Positions 29,712 through 40,578 of a DNA stretch of 64,000 nt are shown in pieces (position 1 is the first letter of the stretch; each line of letters starts with the position of its first letter). The stretch covers positions 1-64,000 of IMG/VR virus record IMGVR_UViG_3300020048_003770. One strand, 5' to 3'. A program made the position numbers and the translations under genes. The stretch is from a virus. Under the pieces are notes generated by a model. The model worked only from the letters and a program-made list of their open reading frames with translations. It did not search any database and was not told where the DNA came from.

Positions 29712-30899
29712 ATGGCTAAAGTTGTATTGTTTAAGTTGGGAGAGCAGGTCGTTAATGCTGCGGCTGCGGTTAATGTTACGGAAGCTAGACTTTCCAGTAA
29801 AGCTATAGTTTCTAGTCTTGCTATTGCCGCTAAAAGTGTTGAAAGCGTAGGCGGAATGTGCGTAGATAACTCTGGTAATATTTATGTTTCAGATGATCAA
29901 CAGCATGTAATTGTAAAAGTTACAGAAAGCGGACAGATTAATGTTTTAGCTGGTTTAGCTGGAACTTCTGGTAATAACTCTGCATTACAGAATGTTACTG
30001 CCGCTAATGCTCGTTTTAATCAGCCTAAGGGTTTGGCTTGCGATAATAGTGGCAATATTTATGTTGCAGATTATGGCAATAACCAGATTCGTATTATCAA
30101 AAATGGCAAGGTTAGCGTATATGCTGGTAATGGCGCTACTCTTTCTGGATTGGTAGATGCAGCGGCGAATCCATTGCAAGCAAGATTTAGTCATCCTTCT
30201 GATGTTGCTGTTGACGCGAGTGGAGTTGTTTATGTAGCTGACACGGACAATCATGCTATTCGTAAAATATGGGGCGCTACAGTATTGACTATTGCTGGCG
30301 ACGGCTCTTCTGCTGATAATGAAAACGTAAGAGCAAGCCAATACATTCCTTTCTGCGATTCACCTACTGGCATTGCGGTTGATAGGAAGGGAACGGTATT
30401 TGTATGCGATACTGGAAATAATAAGATTAAGAAGATTACTCCTAACGGACGAATTTATTTGCATTCAGGAAGTGGGTCTGCTGGTAATTCTCTTGGGACT
30501 GGTGCTACAAGGGCTTATACTTGTGAATATCAAGGTCTTAAATACATCGCTGTTGACAGTTATGGCTATCAATATGTAACGGATGTTGCTGCTACTGGTT
30601 CAAGATTGGTGAAGATCAATCCTAATGGTATTCCTTCGAATATCGTTGATTTTTCTGCTGCTACTACAAGCGATCCAGGTGTTATTGGTGTTGCGGTAAG
30701 TCCTGCTGGTAAAGTATTTGTTTCAATTACTACAGCGGCAGACATGAACAGTTCAAGCTCAAGCGAATCTAGTGAATCCGAAGGAAACGTTTCAAGTAGC
30801 TCTAGCTCAAGTGATTCTAGCTCAAGCGACTCAAGTGATTCTAGCTCAAGTAGTTCAGAAGGATTTAGTACTTCTAGCTCAAGCACAGATGTAAGCTAA
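29712..30899 (+). CDS. NHL-repeat beta-propeller protein with Ser-rich tail
   Basis: Repeated P.G.A.D.SGNIYVAD..N..IR. Confidence 0.88.
   Translation: MAKVVLFKLGEQVVNAAAAVNVTEARLSSKAIVSSLAIAAKSVESVGGMCVDNSGNIYVSDDQQHVIVKVTESGQINVLAGLAGTSGNNSALQNVTAANARFNQPKGLACDNSGNIYVADYGNNQIRIIKNGKVSVYAGNGATLSGLVDAAANPLQARFSHPSDVAVDASGVVYVADTDNHAIRKIWGATVLTIAGDGSSADNENVRASQYIPFCDSPTGIAVDRKGTVFVCDTGNNKIKKITPNGRIYLHSGSGSAGNSLGTGATRAYTCEYQGLKYIAVDSYGYQYVTDVAATGSRLVKINPNGIPSNIVDFSAATTSDPGVIGVAVSPAGKVFVSITTAADMNSSSSSESSESEGNVSSSSSSSDSSSSDSSDSSSSSSEGFSTSSSSTDVS
30750..30890 (+). repeat. Low-complexity Ser-coding repeats (TCTAGCTCAAG)
   Basis: Several imperfect copies. Confidence 0.7.
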
Positions 30900-30919
30900 T
30901 AATATAAAATAGTTAACTA

Positions 30920-30957
30920 AAAAGGAGCCATATTGTTCATATGGCTCCTTTTTTTTG
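30920..30957 (+). terminator. Intrinsic terminator
   Basis: AAAGGAGCCATAT/ATATGGCTCCTTT plus U tract. Confidence 0.88.
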
Positions 30958-30969
30958 TATAATATCTCT

Positions 30970-31986
30970 ATGGAAATAATACATAGAGAGTTTTTGCCTT
31001 CTGATACAAGGTCTGTGCATGCCTCAACTATTGAAATATGGAATGGGCATCCTGTTTTAGCATGGTTCGGAGGTTCTCGCGAAGGTGAAGGCGACGTTTC
31101 TATTTATATTTATAACTTAAATAATAAGAAAGATATCATTAAGTTGGGTGATACGGATGTAGTTCCTAGATGGAATCCGATATTGGTTAATTTGGGTGAG
31201 AAAATCATATTGTTTGAAAAAGTTGGGGTGTTTTGTGATAGATGGGCTACATTCATCCATGATATAACTAATTGGGATAGTAATACAACTCAAAAAGAAA
31301 TTAGACACAATCAAATAGTTCTTCCTGCTGGTTTGAATGGTCCCGTTAAGAGTAGACCTTTAATTAAAGATGGAATAATGTATTGTGGAAGTTCGTTTGA
31401 AACCATATACGATTGGACATCATACATCGAAGAGTATGAAATTGACAACGGACAATTAATCTTCAAAAATCGTTCTAAGCCTTTGATAGAAAAAGAAAAA
31501 ATCATTTATAGTAATCATCGTAGCGGAAAAACGGAGCGGAGTTTGGGGATTATACAGCCAACGTTGTGGAGTCAGGACGATAAACTTTATGCTTTTTTCA
31601 GGTCTTCTAATGGTTTAAATACAATATATTTTTCTGAATATTTAAGATCTGAATGGTCAAATCCAATTGCAACAAATTTCCCAAATCCAAATAGTGCAGT
31701 TGATGTCGCTACATGTAATGGCGATTTATATTTGGCGTGGAATCCAAATCCCCATGATAGATTTCCATTGATGGTTAGTAAAATAAGAAGGAAAGGTAAA
31801 AGTTCAGCATTTGAAGTGGAAGATGAAATTTGTATATCTAATGATTTGGATTATGATAATTTTTATAAAAAAGGTTGTAATTCGCCGGAATTGTCGTATC
31901 CTTATTTGACAGAGAACGATGGTAAGTTACATTTGACATATACGTGGGGGCGTAAGCTTATTGAGCATTGTGTAATAAAGGTTTGA
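30970..31986 (+). CDS. BNR-repeat sialidase-like protein
   Basis: HASTI, AWFGGSREG, WNP.L, GPVK, IQPTL, PNPNS, SYP. Confidence 0.85.
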   Translation: MEIIHREFLPSDTRSVHASTIEIWNGHPVLAWFGGSREGEGDVSIYIYNLNNKKDIIKLGDTDVVPRWNPILVNLGEKIILFEKVGVFCDRWATFIHDITNWDSNTTQKEIRHNQIVLPAGLNGPVKSRPLIKDGIMYCGSSFETIYDWTSYIEEYEIDNGQLIFKNRSKPLIEKEKIIYSNHRSGKTERSLGIIQPTLWSQDDKLYAFFRSSNGLNTIYFSEYLRSEWSNPIATNFPNPNSAVDVATCNGDLYLAWNPNPHDRFPLMVSKIRRKGKSSAFEVEDEICISNDLDYDNFYKKGCNSPELSYPYLTENDGKLHLTYTWGRKLIEHCVIKV

Positions 31987-31988
31987 AA

Positions 31989-32390
31989 ATGTATAAAAAT
32001 ATTATTGTTACAACTCCAAAAAGTGAAACAGAAAATTCTAGATTGGAAGCCGAGAAATGTATTGAGAATGGCGGCGGTTATTATTTCAGGACGATAGCAA
32101 AACAGCCAAAAGATATTGAGCCATTTAAAAGTTTTATCTATTATGTTGAGGATGGATATGTTAGGGGAAGGGCGATTATAATGGGCGTTACTGGCGGAAT
32201 TGAGGATTGCAGCGTAACAAATCGTGAATGGGGGGATAATAAATCAAAAAACATATGGATGCAGGCGAACACATGGGAGTGGATCAATCCTATTCCAATG
32301 AAAGGTTTTCAAGGATGGAGATATTTTGACGATAAAGATGTTAAAGTTGTTGGCGGATGGAAAGATGAAAAGCCGTTGACAAACAATTGA
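31989..32390 (+). CDS. hypothetical protein (PUA/ASCH-like)
   Basis: PIPMKGFQGWRY. Confidence 0.5.
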   Translation: MYKNIIVTTPKSETENSRLEAEKCIENGGGYYFRTIAKQPKDIEPFKSFIYYVEDGYVRGRAIIMGVTGGIEDCSVTNREWGDNKSKNIWMQANTWEWINPIPMKGFQGWRYFDDKDVKVVGGWKDEKPLTNN

Positions 32391-32504
32391 TTTTAAATTG
32401 AAAGAAGGAATTATCATGGAATTGACGGAGAAGAAATATAAATAGAAAAGAAGGATAAAAATAGAACTTCCTAGAAATATATTGATAATGGAGGAAGTTC
32501 TATT

Positions 32505-33218
32505 ATGATGAATGGACATGCTAAAAAAGATAATAATTATGCTTTACATTGGGCTAAAAAAATAAAATGTGTGCGACTTCTTGGAGGTCGATGTGAAAAA
32601 TGTGGTGATTCCAATATTATACATTTAGAATTTCATCACGAAGACGGAAGTAAAAAAGAAGATAGCGTTAGCCGTTTGATAGACACTAAAAAATGGGATT
32701 CTGTTGAATTAGAACTAAAAAAATGTAAATTGCTATGCTCTAATTGTCATATGGATTATCATTGTGGAAGTGGTAGAAAAACAACAATTAAGACTCGTTT
32801 TCTCGATAACATCAATAAAACAAAATGTAATGTTTGTGGATATAGTAAAAATGTCGGCGTTTTATCTTTTCACCATGTTAACCCTATAGATAAGAAATAT
32901 GGTATCGCAAAAATAATGGAAAGAAAAAAGAATGAAACTTCACTTAAGGAGTTGTCGGACGAAATCGATAAATGCGAACTCCTTTGTAGGAATTGCCATC
33001 GAGATAAGCATTTCGACATAAATAGATTTAAGCGTCTGGAGGCATATATATATCACAAGGTAGAAACTCATAAACAACACAAGGTTGTGGATGAAAACAA
33101 AGTAATAGAAATGGTTAGACTGGGCAAAAGACATTGCGAAATAGCAAAAGAAATTGACTGTTGCCAAACAACCGTCCGAGGCATTATTAACAGAATGAAA
33201 AGGAAACATAGATTATGA
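32505..33218 (+). CDS. Tandem-HNH homing endonuclease with C-terminal HTH
   Basis: Two CxxC...FHH...KC.LLC.NCH units. Confidence 0.85.
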   Translation: MMNGHAKKDNNYALHWAKKIKCVRLLGGRCEKCGDSNIIHLEFHHEDGSKKEDSVSRLIDTKKWDSVELELKKCKLLCSNCHMDYHCGSGRKTTIKTRFLDNINKTKCNVCGYSKNVGVLSFHHVNPIDKKYGIAKIMERKKNETSLKELSDEIDKCELLCRNCHRDKHFDINRFKRLEAYIYHKVETHKQHKVVDENKVIEMVRLGKRHCEIAKEIDCCQTTVRGIINRMKRKHRL

Positions 33219-35530
33219 ACGAAATCCCCGTTATAATAGAATCGGTTAGGATGTTTGCTAATGGATGGTCATTAATGTCTTGTAACTTGAACCCATATTC
33301 AGAGTTATATTCAGACGCATTGGAAGAAATGGTTCAGCCATATATTGACAAGAAATATCATACCTTTACAGTTACCGGCACTATACCTGAAGATATGGGC
33401 AATATGCAAGGCGGTCAATTCGTCTTTATTGGCGATTTTTGCACACATCCTAAATACGGCAATCAATTTAAAGCGGACTTTTTCTATCAAGATGTTCCAG
33501 CTACCGAAGATGGATTAATTTGTTTTCTTATGTCTTTGCCCAACATTAAGGAATCTCGTTCTAAGGCAATTGTAAGTAAATTTGGGGTTCAAGGTACATT
33601 TGACATTCTAAATAACGACATTTATAGGTTGACAGAAATAAATGGCATTACTGTGCATAGAATTCCTGCGATAGAAAAAGCATGGCAAGAGAAAAAGTGT
33701 CTTAGAGAATTATATGAGTTTTTAGTTGAACATGGCATTTCTCACAAATTTGCAGAAGCTATTTATAAGAAATGGGGTCCATTGGCGAAACAAGTAATAA
33801 TCGAGAATCCTTATCGTTTCGTTGAATTGAGGGGAGTCGGGTTTGTAACGGCTGATAAATTGGCTCATCAGATAATGGATGTTGTATCTAATGAGTTTAG
33901 AACTATTGCTTGTTTAAAGTATATACTGGAAGATTTTGTAAACCAAAACAGCAATCTTTGCATTCCATATGAGCAATTAAAATCTAAGCTGAAAGAGATA
34001 ATTAGTGAATGTGATATTGCATTGGGTAATCAGCCGAATAATATGTGCGTTGATTTGATTCCGCATTGTATAAAAACAAATCTTGATGTTTTCATGGCCG
34101 TTAAAGATCTTGAAACAAAAATAACTTATGTTTATCTTAAGGATATTTGGGATAAGGAAGTGTTTATTTCTAGGGAATTGTATAAAAGAAGTAAATCAGA
34201 CCATAATAAGGGAGAATGTAGCGAAAATGACATAGAAAAAGCTGAAAAAGGATTGTCTCTTTTTTATGATAGAGAAATAAAATTAGACGAAACTCAAATA
34301 CAAGGGATAAGGACGGCGTTTGACCATAAGGTTTCTGTTATTACAGGTGGGGGTGGAACTGGGAAAAGTACTATTTGTCGTTGTATCTTTGAATTGGCGC
34401 AAGAAAAGGAGCTGTCAATAAGAATGATGTCTCCAACTGGTAAGGCTGCACAAGTATTGGAAGCTAAGACTGGTTGTGGGGCTTCTACAATTCATCGTGG
34501 TTTAAAAATGGTTCCTGGCGAAGACCTTCCTAGAGAAGATATTGTAGAAGATATATTGTTGATTGATGAAGCCAGTATGTGTGGTGTTGATACTATGTAC
34601 GCCATGCTAAAAGCAATGGAATCGAATATATGGGGAAATATTGTATTTGTTGGTGATAAAAATCAGCTTCCGTCTGTTGCTCCAGGTAACTTTTTGTCTG
34701 ATATTATAGAATCAGGATGTGCTAATGTGGTTACTTTGGATAAAATTCATCGACAAAGTGAAGACAGTTATATAAGTTTATTGGCGAATGATATAGCTAA
34801 GGGGAAGGTCGTTGGAATCCCTGTTAATGCTACAGATATAAAATGGCATAATATTGATGTTGATAATTTTGACGCTGATATTTTAAGATTTGTTGATAAT
34901 TATCTTAAAAAAGGTAATTCTATTGAAGATTTGCAGATAATGAGTCCGATGAAGAAAGGTTTGTGTGGAGTTTACAAGATTAACGAGATAGTTCAGAAAA
35001 GAATGGCTATTGTAAATGGAACAAATGACCATGGAATGAAATATAAATTTACTGAATTTTTTGTTGGTGACAGGGTTATACAGGTTGAAAATGATTATGA
35101 TAAGATGGTTTTCAATGGCGATATGGGAGTAATTACGGATTTGGGCGAAAAGGTGGTTGATTCGAAGAAAAGTGACAAAAAGGAGAAGTTCATAACGGTT
35201 TCTTTTTATGGCGACGAGATTTCTTTCTATGGAGATGAGATTGAACAAATTCATTTAGCTTGGGCGATAACCGTACATAAGTTCCAAGGCTCACAATGCC
35301 CTAATATATTGTTGGTTTTAGCGAGTGAGGCTAGTATGATGATGTCTAAAGAATTAGTTTATACGGCGTTCACAAGGGCTGAGAAGCAATTGGACATTTT
35401 TGGTAATAATTCTGTATTTAGAAATGCTCCGACTAAGAGCGCGATTAGAAAGCGATATACCAATTTTACTAGGATTGTTGACAGTTTTAAGCAGAATAAG
35501 AAAATTTTGTCATTGTTGGGTCAAAAATGA
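33215..35530 (+). CDS. recD2: RecD2 SF1B helicase
   Basis: HhH N-terminus, GGGGTGKS, DEASM, GD.NQL, HRQ, ITVHKFQGS, YTAFTRA. Confidence 0.93.
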   Translation: MNEIPVIIESVRMFANGWSLMSCNLNPYSELYSDALEEMVQPYIDKKYHTFTVTGTIPEDMGNMQGGQFVFIGDFCTHPKYGNQFKADFFYQDVPATEDGLICFLMSLPNIKESRSKAIVSKFGVQGTFDILNNDIYRLTEINGITVHRIPAIEKAWQEKKCLRELYEFLVEHGISHKFAEAIYKKWGPLAKQVIIENPYRFVELRGVGFVTADKLAHQIMDVVSNEFRTIACLKYILEDFVNQNSNLCIPYEQLKSKLKEIISECDIALGNQPNNMCVDLIPHCIKTNLDVFMAVKDLETKITYVYLKDIWDKEVFISRELYKRSKSDHNKGECSENDIEKAEKGLSLFYDREIKLDETQIQGIRTAFDHKVSVITGGGGTGKSTICRCIFELAQEKELSIRMMSPTGKAAQVLEAKTGCGASTIHRGLKMVPGEDLPREDIVEDILLIDEASMCGVDTMYAMLKAMESNIWGNIVFVGDKNQLPSVAPGNFLSDIIESGCANVVTLDKIHRQSEDSYISLLANDIAKGKVVGIPVNATDIKWHNIDVDNFDADILRFVDNYLKKGNSIEDLQIMSPMKKGLCGVYKINEIVQKRMAIVNGTNDHGMKYKFTEFFVGDRVIQVENDYDKMVFNGDMGVITDLGEKVVDSKKSDKKEKFITVSFYGDEISFYGDEIEQIHLAWAITVHKFQGSQCPNILLVLASEASMMMSKELVYTAFTRAEKQLDIFGNNSVFRNAPTKSAIRKRYTNFTRIVDSFKQNKKILSLLGQK

Positions 35531-35829
35531 TATCTTGGAAAGAATTGGCAATAGAATACAGGAAGGAAATTGAATCATTATTGGATTATATTGAGGATGC
35601 TTGTATTGAATTTGAAAAGAAAGTTCCCAATTCTTATGCTCAAGGCTTGAAAATATTAGAAGAATGTCTTGATTTATCGACAGAAAACGTTAGAATATTG
35701 TCATGTTCGGAACCGATGGATTTATTTGAGGAAAAGATAGATATTCAAAAGTTTAAAATAGAGAGTAAAATAGAAGATGATGATTGGTTGTTTAATTAGG
35801 GGAAATGATTAAAAGAAAGTGAGGTTGTT

Positions 35830-36408
35830 ATCAAATACTGTTCAATTGATTTGGAGACATGTGGACTTGACCCTGAAACTTGTGATATTTTGGAATTTGG
35901 AGCAGTTTTAGATGATTTAAAGAACCAAAGACCGATAAAGATGCTTCCAACATTTCATTGTTATTTTTCTCAGCCAACATATAAGGGCGAACCATATGCG
36001 TTGTCTATGCATGGTAAGATATTTGAGAGGATAGCAAATAAAGAGAAAGGTTATGATTATTATGCCCCTACTAAATTCGGTATGGCGTTCAAACGGTTTC
36101 TTATGCAGAACGGATATGAGTGTGAGCGTGATTTAATAACGATAAATGTTGCAGGTAAGAATTTTGGAGCTTTTGATTTGCAATTTCTCAATCAGCAAAC
36201 AGATTTGAAAAAGCACGTAAAAATCAGTCATAAATTTTTAGATCCTGCTATTCTTTTTGTTGATAGAGATGACAATCGTTTGCCGGGTTTGTCTGATTGC
36301 AAAAAAAGAGCAGGAATGTCAGAACATGTAGCTCATACTGCTGTTGCTGATGCGATGGATGTTGTTCAATTGATACGTGAGGGATTGGTTGGTAAGTTTC
36401 CGTCTTAG
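35830..36408 (+). CDS. DEDDh 3'-5' exonuclease (probable ATC start)
   Basis: SIDLETCGLD, GKN..AFD, HTAVADA; catalytic Asp lies upstream of the TTG start in the ORF track. Confidence 0.8.
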   Translation: MKYCSIDLETCGLDPETCDILEFGAVLDDLKNQRPIKMLPTFHCYFSQPTYKGEPYALSMHGKIFERIANKEKGYDYYAPTKFGMAFKRFLMQNGYECERDLITINVAGKNFGAFDLQFLNQQTDLKKHVKISHKFLDPAILFVDRDDNRLPGLSDCKKRAGMSEHVAHTAVADAMDVVQLIREGLVGKFPS

Positions 36409-36655
36409 GAGATGTTATGATGGTATTTGCAATTTTATATTTTTTAACTTGTTTGTTTTGGATGCTTTATACCTTGAGATGGCAATTGGAAATATATCCG
36501 CATTCTAGTTTAGCCAGATTAATCATTTGTGGGATTCTTAATTTTCTGTTTTGTCCTATGGCGATTGTAATGGCTCATTGCAATTTTGATCGAATCTAAT
36601 ACTTTATGGCATTCTGCAAAGGATTAATCTATTTAAATTGGCAAATATATAGATT

Positions 36656-36898
36656 ATGCCATTATATAATTCATCAGATTCATTTACCAAACAGTCTCCA
36701 CCTCCTGTAGATACTAGAGATGAGATTCCAAAAGAATTAAATATCTTTTATCGGAATGAAACTGCATTTTTGCCAGAAGGGAAGAAGGTTGAAGATTTGA
36801 CACCTGAAGAATTGCAAAAGGTGAAATCTCAATATCGATTTGATTATTTCGTTCCGGGGCTTTATCAAACGCTAACTGGAATAGGCAAAATGATTTGA
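36656..36898 (+). CDS. hypothetical protein
   Basis: 80-aa ORF after AAAGGA motif. Confidence 0.55.
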   Translation: MPLYNSSDSFTKQSPPPVDTRDEIPKELNIFYRNETAFLPEGKKVEDLTPEELQKVKSQYRFDYFVPGLYQTLTGIGKMI

Positions 36899-36987
36899 AA
36901 AACTTTTGTATAATAATCACATGATTTTTGATGACTGAAAAAACCTAATAACTCGAAAAATGTAGTTTTAGGAAAAAGGAGAATGAT

Positions 36988-38571
36988 ATGGACGAAACTA
37001 GAGGCGTAATATTGTTTAATAGAGGCGATAAGATGATTGTACGCGCTATTGTCACTCTTTATACTCTCAGGCAATATTGGGATGGTCCAGTGACGATGTA
37101 TTTGGAAGATCCTTATCCGCATGAATTTGACGAAGTATGCAAACATTTTAATGTAGATATTGTTTATAACGTTGAGAAGCATGAAATAAAAACATTGGCT
37201 CGAAAAACCGAAATGTTTTCAAATCCGCCTTATGATAGGACTTTATGGTTAGATATAGATACTGTTATCGTTGGTAAAATAGATGAAATGTTTGACTATT
37301 TAGATGAAAGCGATGTATCTATCCCTCATTTTTGTGGATGGGTTTCTAATGGTGGAACTATCTCAAAACGGATTAAAAGGTTCCATGGTATTGCAGATGA
37401 TAAGTATATGTCAAAAGCGTTAGAATGTCATCCTGCAATAAATACTGGTGTTTTATCTTTTAAAAAATCTGAAGCGTGGACGAAGTTTGTTGAATATTGG
37501 GTTGATTTGACGAATGAAGGCTTCAAAAATGGTGTTTTCATAAGTGATGAAGTGGCTTTTCAAATACTTTATCCGTCTATTTCAGATTGGGGGTTGAAAT
37601 GTCATATATCTCCGTCAAAATTCAACATTAGTGTAAAACATGACAATCATACAGAAGATAAAAGGTGCGTACATTTTCACGGCCAAAAACATTGTATGGA
37701 TTTTGGTCTTTGCTATATGTGGAAAGAAGTTTTTGAACATATGCGTAAAGAGAATATCGCTAACATAAATGCATTTTTAAAGTATGCTGATAAAAGATTG
37801 GTTTCTTATTTGCAAGGCGGTCAAGATGTAACTATTGTGACGGCTTGTGATGAAAAATATGTAGAAATATTAAGAGAGACATTCCCTAATTGGCGTAAAT
37901 ATAAGAATATTGATGATTATCCAGTGATTGTATTTGTACACGGAATAGAATTATTGGATTCAAGACTTGATTTTCTTCGTTTAAAAAATGTAAAGATTGT
38001 GCCATGGAAAATGGAAAATGCTGAAAGTCATAGGGCGGAGATGCTTAGTGCGTTTGTATTTGGGGCGGCAGAGCATGTTAAAACAGATTATTGGTTGAAA
38101 TTAGATGCAGATAGCTATGCAACTGATTCAAGACCATTTATAGATAACGAGATGAAGCAATATGCATTTTGTGGTCATAAATGGAGTTATAGCCGTCCTG
38201 AGCATATAAATAAGTTAGATGAATGGGCTAAAGGTCATTGGAAGAGGAAGCTTAGGAATGCTGAGCCTATGATAAAAGAGGGAAAAATTGAAGGGAATCG
38301 ATTTTATCATAATACAAGAAGGACGATTTCTTTTATCCAGTTGCACAAGACAAGATTTACTCAGTTTTGTATTAAATTATTGCGAGAGAGAAAATTACCT
38401 GCGCCTACCCAAGATACTTTTATGTTTTATGTTGCTAATAGATTTGATCCTCAAACTGTTGGAACTAGGAACTTCAAGAGAGATTATGGATTTACACAAG
38501 GGAATGGAAGAAGAGGATTTGAATCAATTAAAGAGGCGATTAAGTTAATAAACGAGACGAATGTTAATTAG
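36988..38571 (+). CDS. Two-domain GT-A glycosyltransferase
   Basis: WLDIDT, INTGV, DEVA, HFHG; second domain KLDAD. Confidence 0.78.
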   Translation: MDETRGVILFNRGDKMIVRAIVTLYTLRQYWDGPVTMYLEDPYPHEFDEVCKHFNVDIVYNVEKHEIKTLARKTEMFSNPPYDRTLWLDIDTVIVGKIDEMFDYLDESDVSIPHFCGWVSNGGTISKRIKRFHGIADDKYMSKALECHPAINTGVLSFKKSEAWTKFVEYWVDLTNEGFKNGVFISDEVAFQILYPSISDWGLKCHISPSKFNISVKHDNHTEDKRCVHFHGQKHCMDFGLCYMWKEVFEHMRKENIANINAFLKYADKRLVSYLQGGQDVTIVTACDEKYVEILRETFPNWRKYKNIDDYPVIVFVHGIELLDSRLDFLRLKNVKIVPWKMENAESHRAEMLSAFVFGAAEHVKTDYWLKLDADSYATDSRPFIDNEMKQYAFCGHKWSYSRPEHINKLDEWAKGHWKRKLRNAEPMIKEGKIEGNRFYHNTRRTISFIQLHKTRFTQFCIKLLRERKLPAPTQDTFMFYVANRFDPQTVGTRNFKRDYGFTQGNGRRGFESIKEAIKLINETNVN

Positions 38572-38578
38572 TCTATAA

Positions 38579-39220
38579 GTGGGAATTTTAAATATGGGAA
38601 TTTTAAATAGTTTGGGATTGAAGTACGGTACGGATAAATCCAGTTCTCGTCATGGTTATCTAGATATATATGAAAAGCATTTTTGTGAAATTAAAGATAG
38701 ACCGATTAAAATGTTGGAAATTGGAATATTCAATGGGGCTTCTTTAAAAATGTGGGAAGAGTATTTTTCTAACGCTCAAATATATGCCATTGATATAGAT
38801 CCGAAAAGAATGCAAAATTATGGCAGGGTAAGTTCTTTTATAGCGAATCAAGAGGACAGGCAAAGTTTATTGAATGTTATAAACAAAATTGGCGATTGTG
38901 ATATAATTATAGATGATGGTGGGCACACAATGCTTCAGCAGCAACTTACGTTAGGGTGTTTATTTCCATTTGTTAAAAGTGGAGGGATTTATTGCATAGA
39001 AGATTTGCATACTTCGTATTGGAAAAAGCGTCATGGTAACTTTAATCAAACTCAAACAAAAAATACGACATTAACAATAATAGAAAGTATTTCTAAAAAA
39101 GAAGATTTTGTTAGTGATTTTATGTCGGATGATGAAATTCAATATGTAAAAAACAATTGTGAATATTGTGTTGTTGGAAAAGGATTTAAATCAGAAATTG
39201 CTTTTATAAAAAAGAAATAA
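38579..39220 (+). CDS. SAM-dependent sugar O-methyltransferase
   Basis: GTDK..HGY, LEIG, IIDDGGH, GGIYCIEDL. Confidence 0.85.
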   Translation: MGILNMGILNSLGLKYGTDKSSSRHGYLDIYEKHFCEIKDRPIKMLEIGIFNGASLKMWEEYFSNAQIYAIDIDPKRMQNYGRVSSFIANQEDRQSLLNVINKIGDCDIIIDDGGHTMLQQQLTLGCLFPFVKSGGIYCIEDLHTSYWKKRHGNFNQTQTKNTTLTIIESISKKEDFVSDFMSDDEIQYVKNNCEYCVVGKGFKSEIAFIKKK

Positions 39221-39252
39221 ATTGAATTATTGTTTCATACAGGGGCGTTAAA

Positions 39253-39819
39253 ATGCAGATTGGAACACGTAATGATTTTGGAGAATTGTTAAAAATAAAA
39301 CAATTAAATGGATTTGGGGCTGAGATAGGAGTCGCGAATGGTTCGTATTCAGAGTTATTAATTAACAATACTCCAATTGGTAAGTTGTATTTGATTGATC
39401 CTTGGAAAGACTACCAAGACCCTACCGCAGATCGTGGCGATTGTTACGGTACACAATTGGAACAGGATAGGCGTTATGAATTTGTAGTTAATAAATTCAA
39501 GGTTTATGGCAATAGAGTTTCCGTTTTGAGAAAAGAGTCGTTAGAAGCCGCAAACGATTTTGAAGATGGACATTTTGATTTTATATATATTGATGCCAAC
39601 CACTCTTATGATTTTGTTAAAGCAGATATAAACGCTTGGTATTCTAAGTTAAATGTTAATGGGATTTTAGCTGGGCATGATTATTTGGTCGGAATACATG
39701 GAAGAGATGGCGTTAAAAAAGCAGTAGATGAATTTTGCTTTAAAAATAAACATAAGTTATACATAACTGGGGGGACTAAGAGATGTCCTCCGTCTTGGTA
39801 TTTTATAAAGGAGAGTTAA
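39253..39819 (+). CDS. Methyltransf_24-type methyltransferase
   Basis: EIGV, IDPW, YIDANH.Y, GHDY. Confidence 0.85.
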   Translation: MQIGTRNDFGELLKIKQLNGFGAEIGVANGSYSELLINNTPIGKLYLIDPWKDYQDPTADRGDCYGTQLEQDRRYEFVVNKFKVYGNRVSVLRKESLEAANDFEDGHFDFIYIDANHSYDFVKADINAWYSKLNVNGILAGHDYLVGIHGRDGVKKAVDEFCFKNKHKLYITGGTKRCPPSWYFIKES

Positions 39820-40568
39820 TGAAAAGAGGGTTTGTAAGAGGGTTGTGGGGGTCTTTTGATGTAACTAATCGTTTGACGGCAAGGAGATTTAATGTTGCAA
39901 ATGATATTTTAAATATAAAGAACAATAAATTTAATGAAAGGTTTGTAACTTATGTTATGGGGGTTGATAATTTTAAGATATTGAATGATCTTGGCATTGA
40001 AGATGTAGTTCTGATTGACAAAGAACCATTTAGATTTGATTTGACGGCTCATCAATATAGAAATAAGATAGAAGTTATTGCTCACGCTTTTTTAAATGAT
40101 GGATATGATGAATTGGTATATCTTGATTGGGATTGTGTTCCTCAAAAAAAACTACCCAATGATTTTTGGACAGAACTTGGCAAACGAGAGATGTTTCAGG
40201 CAAATTTACAAGCTTATAAGAAGAACAAGATAACATGGCGACAAACTGACAATCAAATAATCCCGAATGGCGGGTTCCTTTATCTACGCAATAAATCGAT
40301 ATGCGAATTGGCAATTGAAAAGTGGGAACCTATTGGGAAACCGGTGAATGATGAAGTTGTATGGGCGTCTATTACAGACGATATGGTTGGCGGATGGAAG
40401 GGCAGAGAAACATATAAGAATATTTTTGAATCTATGTACTCTAACTTGCATAAAAGTTCGCCTTTCCAAAAAGACTGGTTAAATTCAAAAGATGTTTGTT
40501 TTGTCCATTATCAAGGTGGTGGAACTAAAATCCCTGCTGATTTTGTAAATGCTAAAAATAACGGTTAA
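39819..40568 (+). CDS. Putative GT-A glycosyltransferase
   Basis: YLDWD, PNGG, NDE, HY. Confidence 0.6.
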   Translation: MKRGFVRGLWGSFDVTNRLTARRFNVANDILNIKNNKFNERFVTYVMGVDNFKILNDLGIEDVVLIDKEPFRFDLTAHQYRNKIEVIAHAFLNDGYDELVYLDWDCVPQKKLPNDFWTELGKREMFQANLQAYKKNKITWRQTDNQIIPNGGFLYLRNKSICELAIEKWEPIGKPVNDEVVWASITDDMVGGWKGRETYKNIFESMYSNLHKSSPFQKDWLNSKDVCFVHYQGGGTKIPADFVNAKNNG

Positions 40569-40578
40569 TGGAGTTGAA

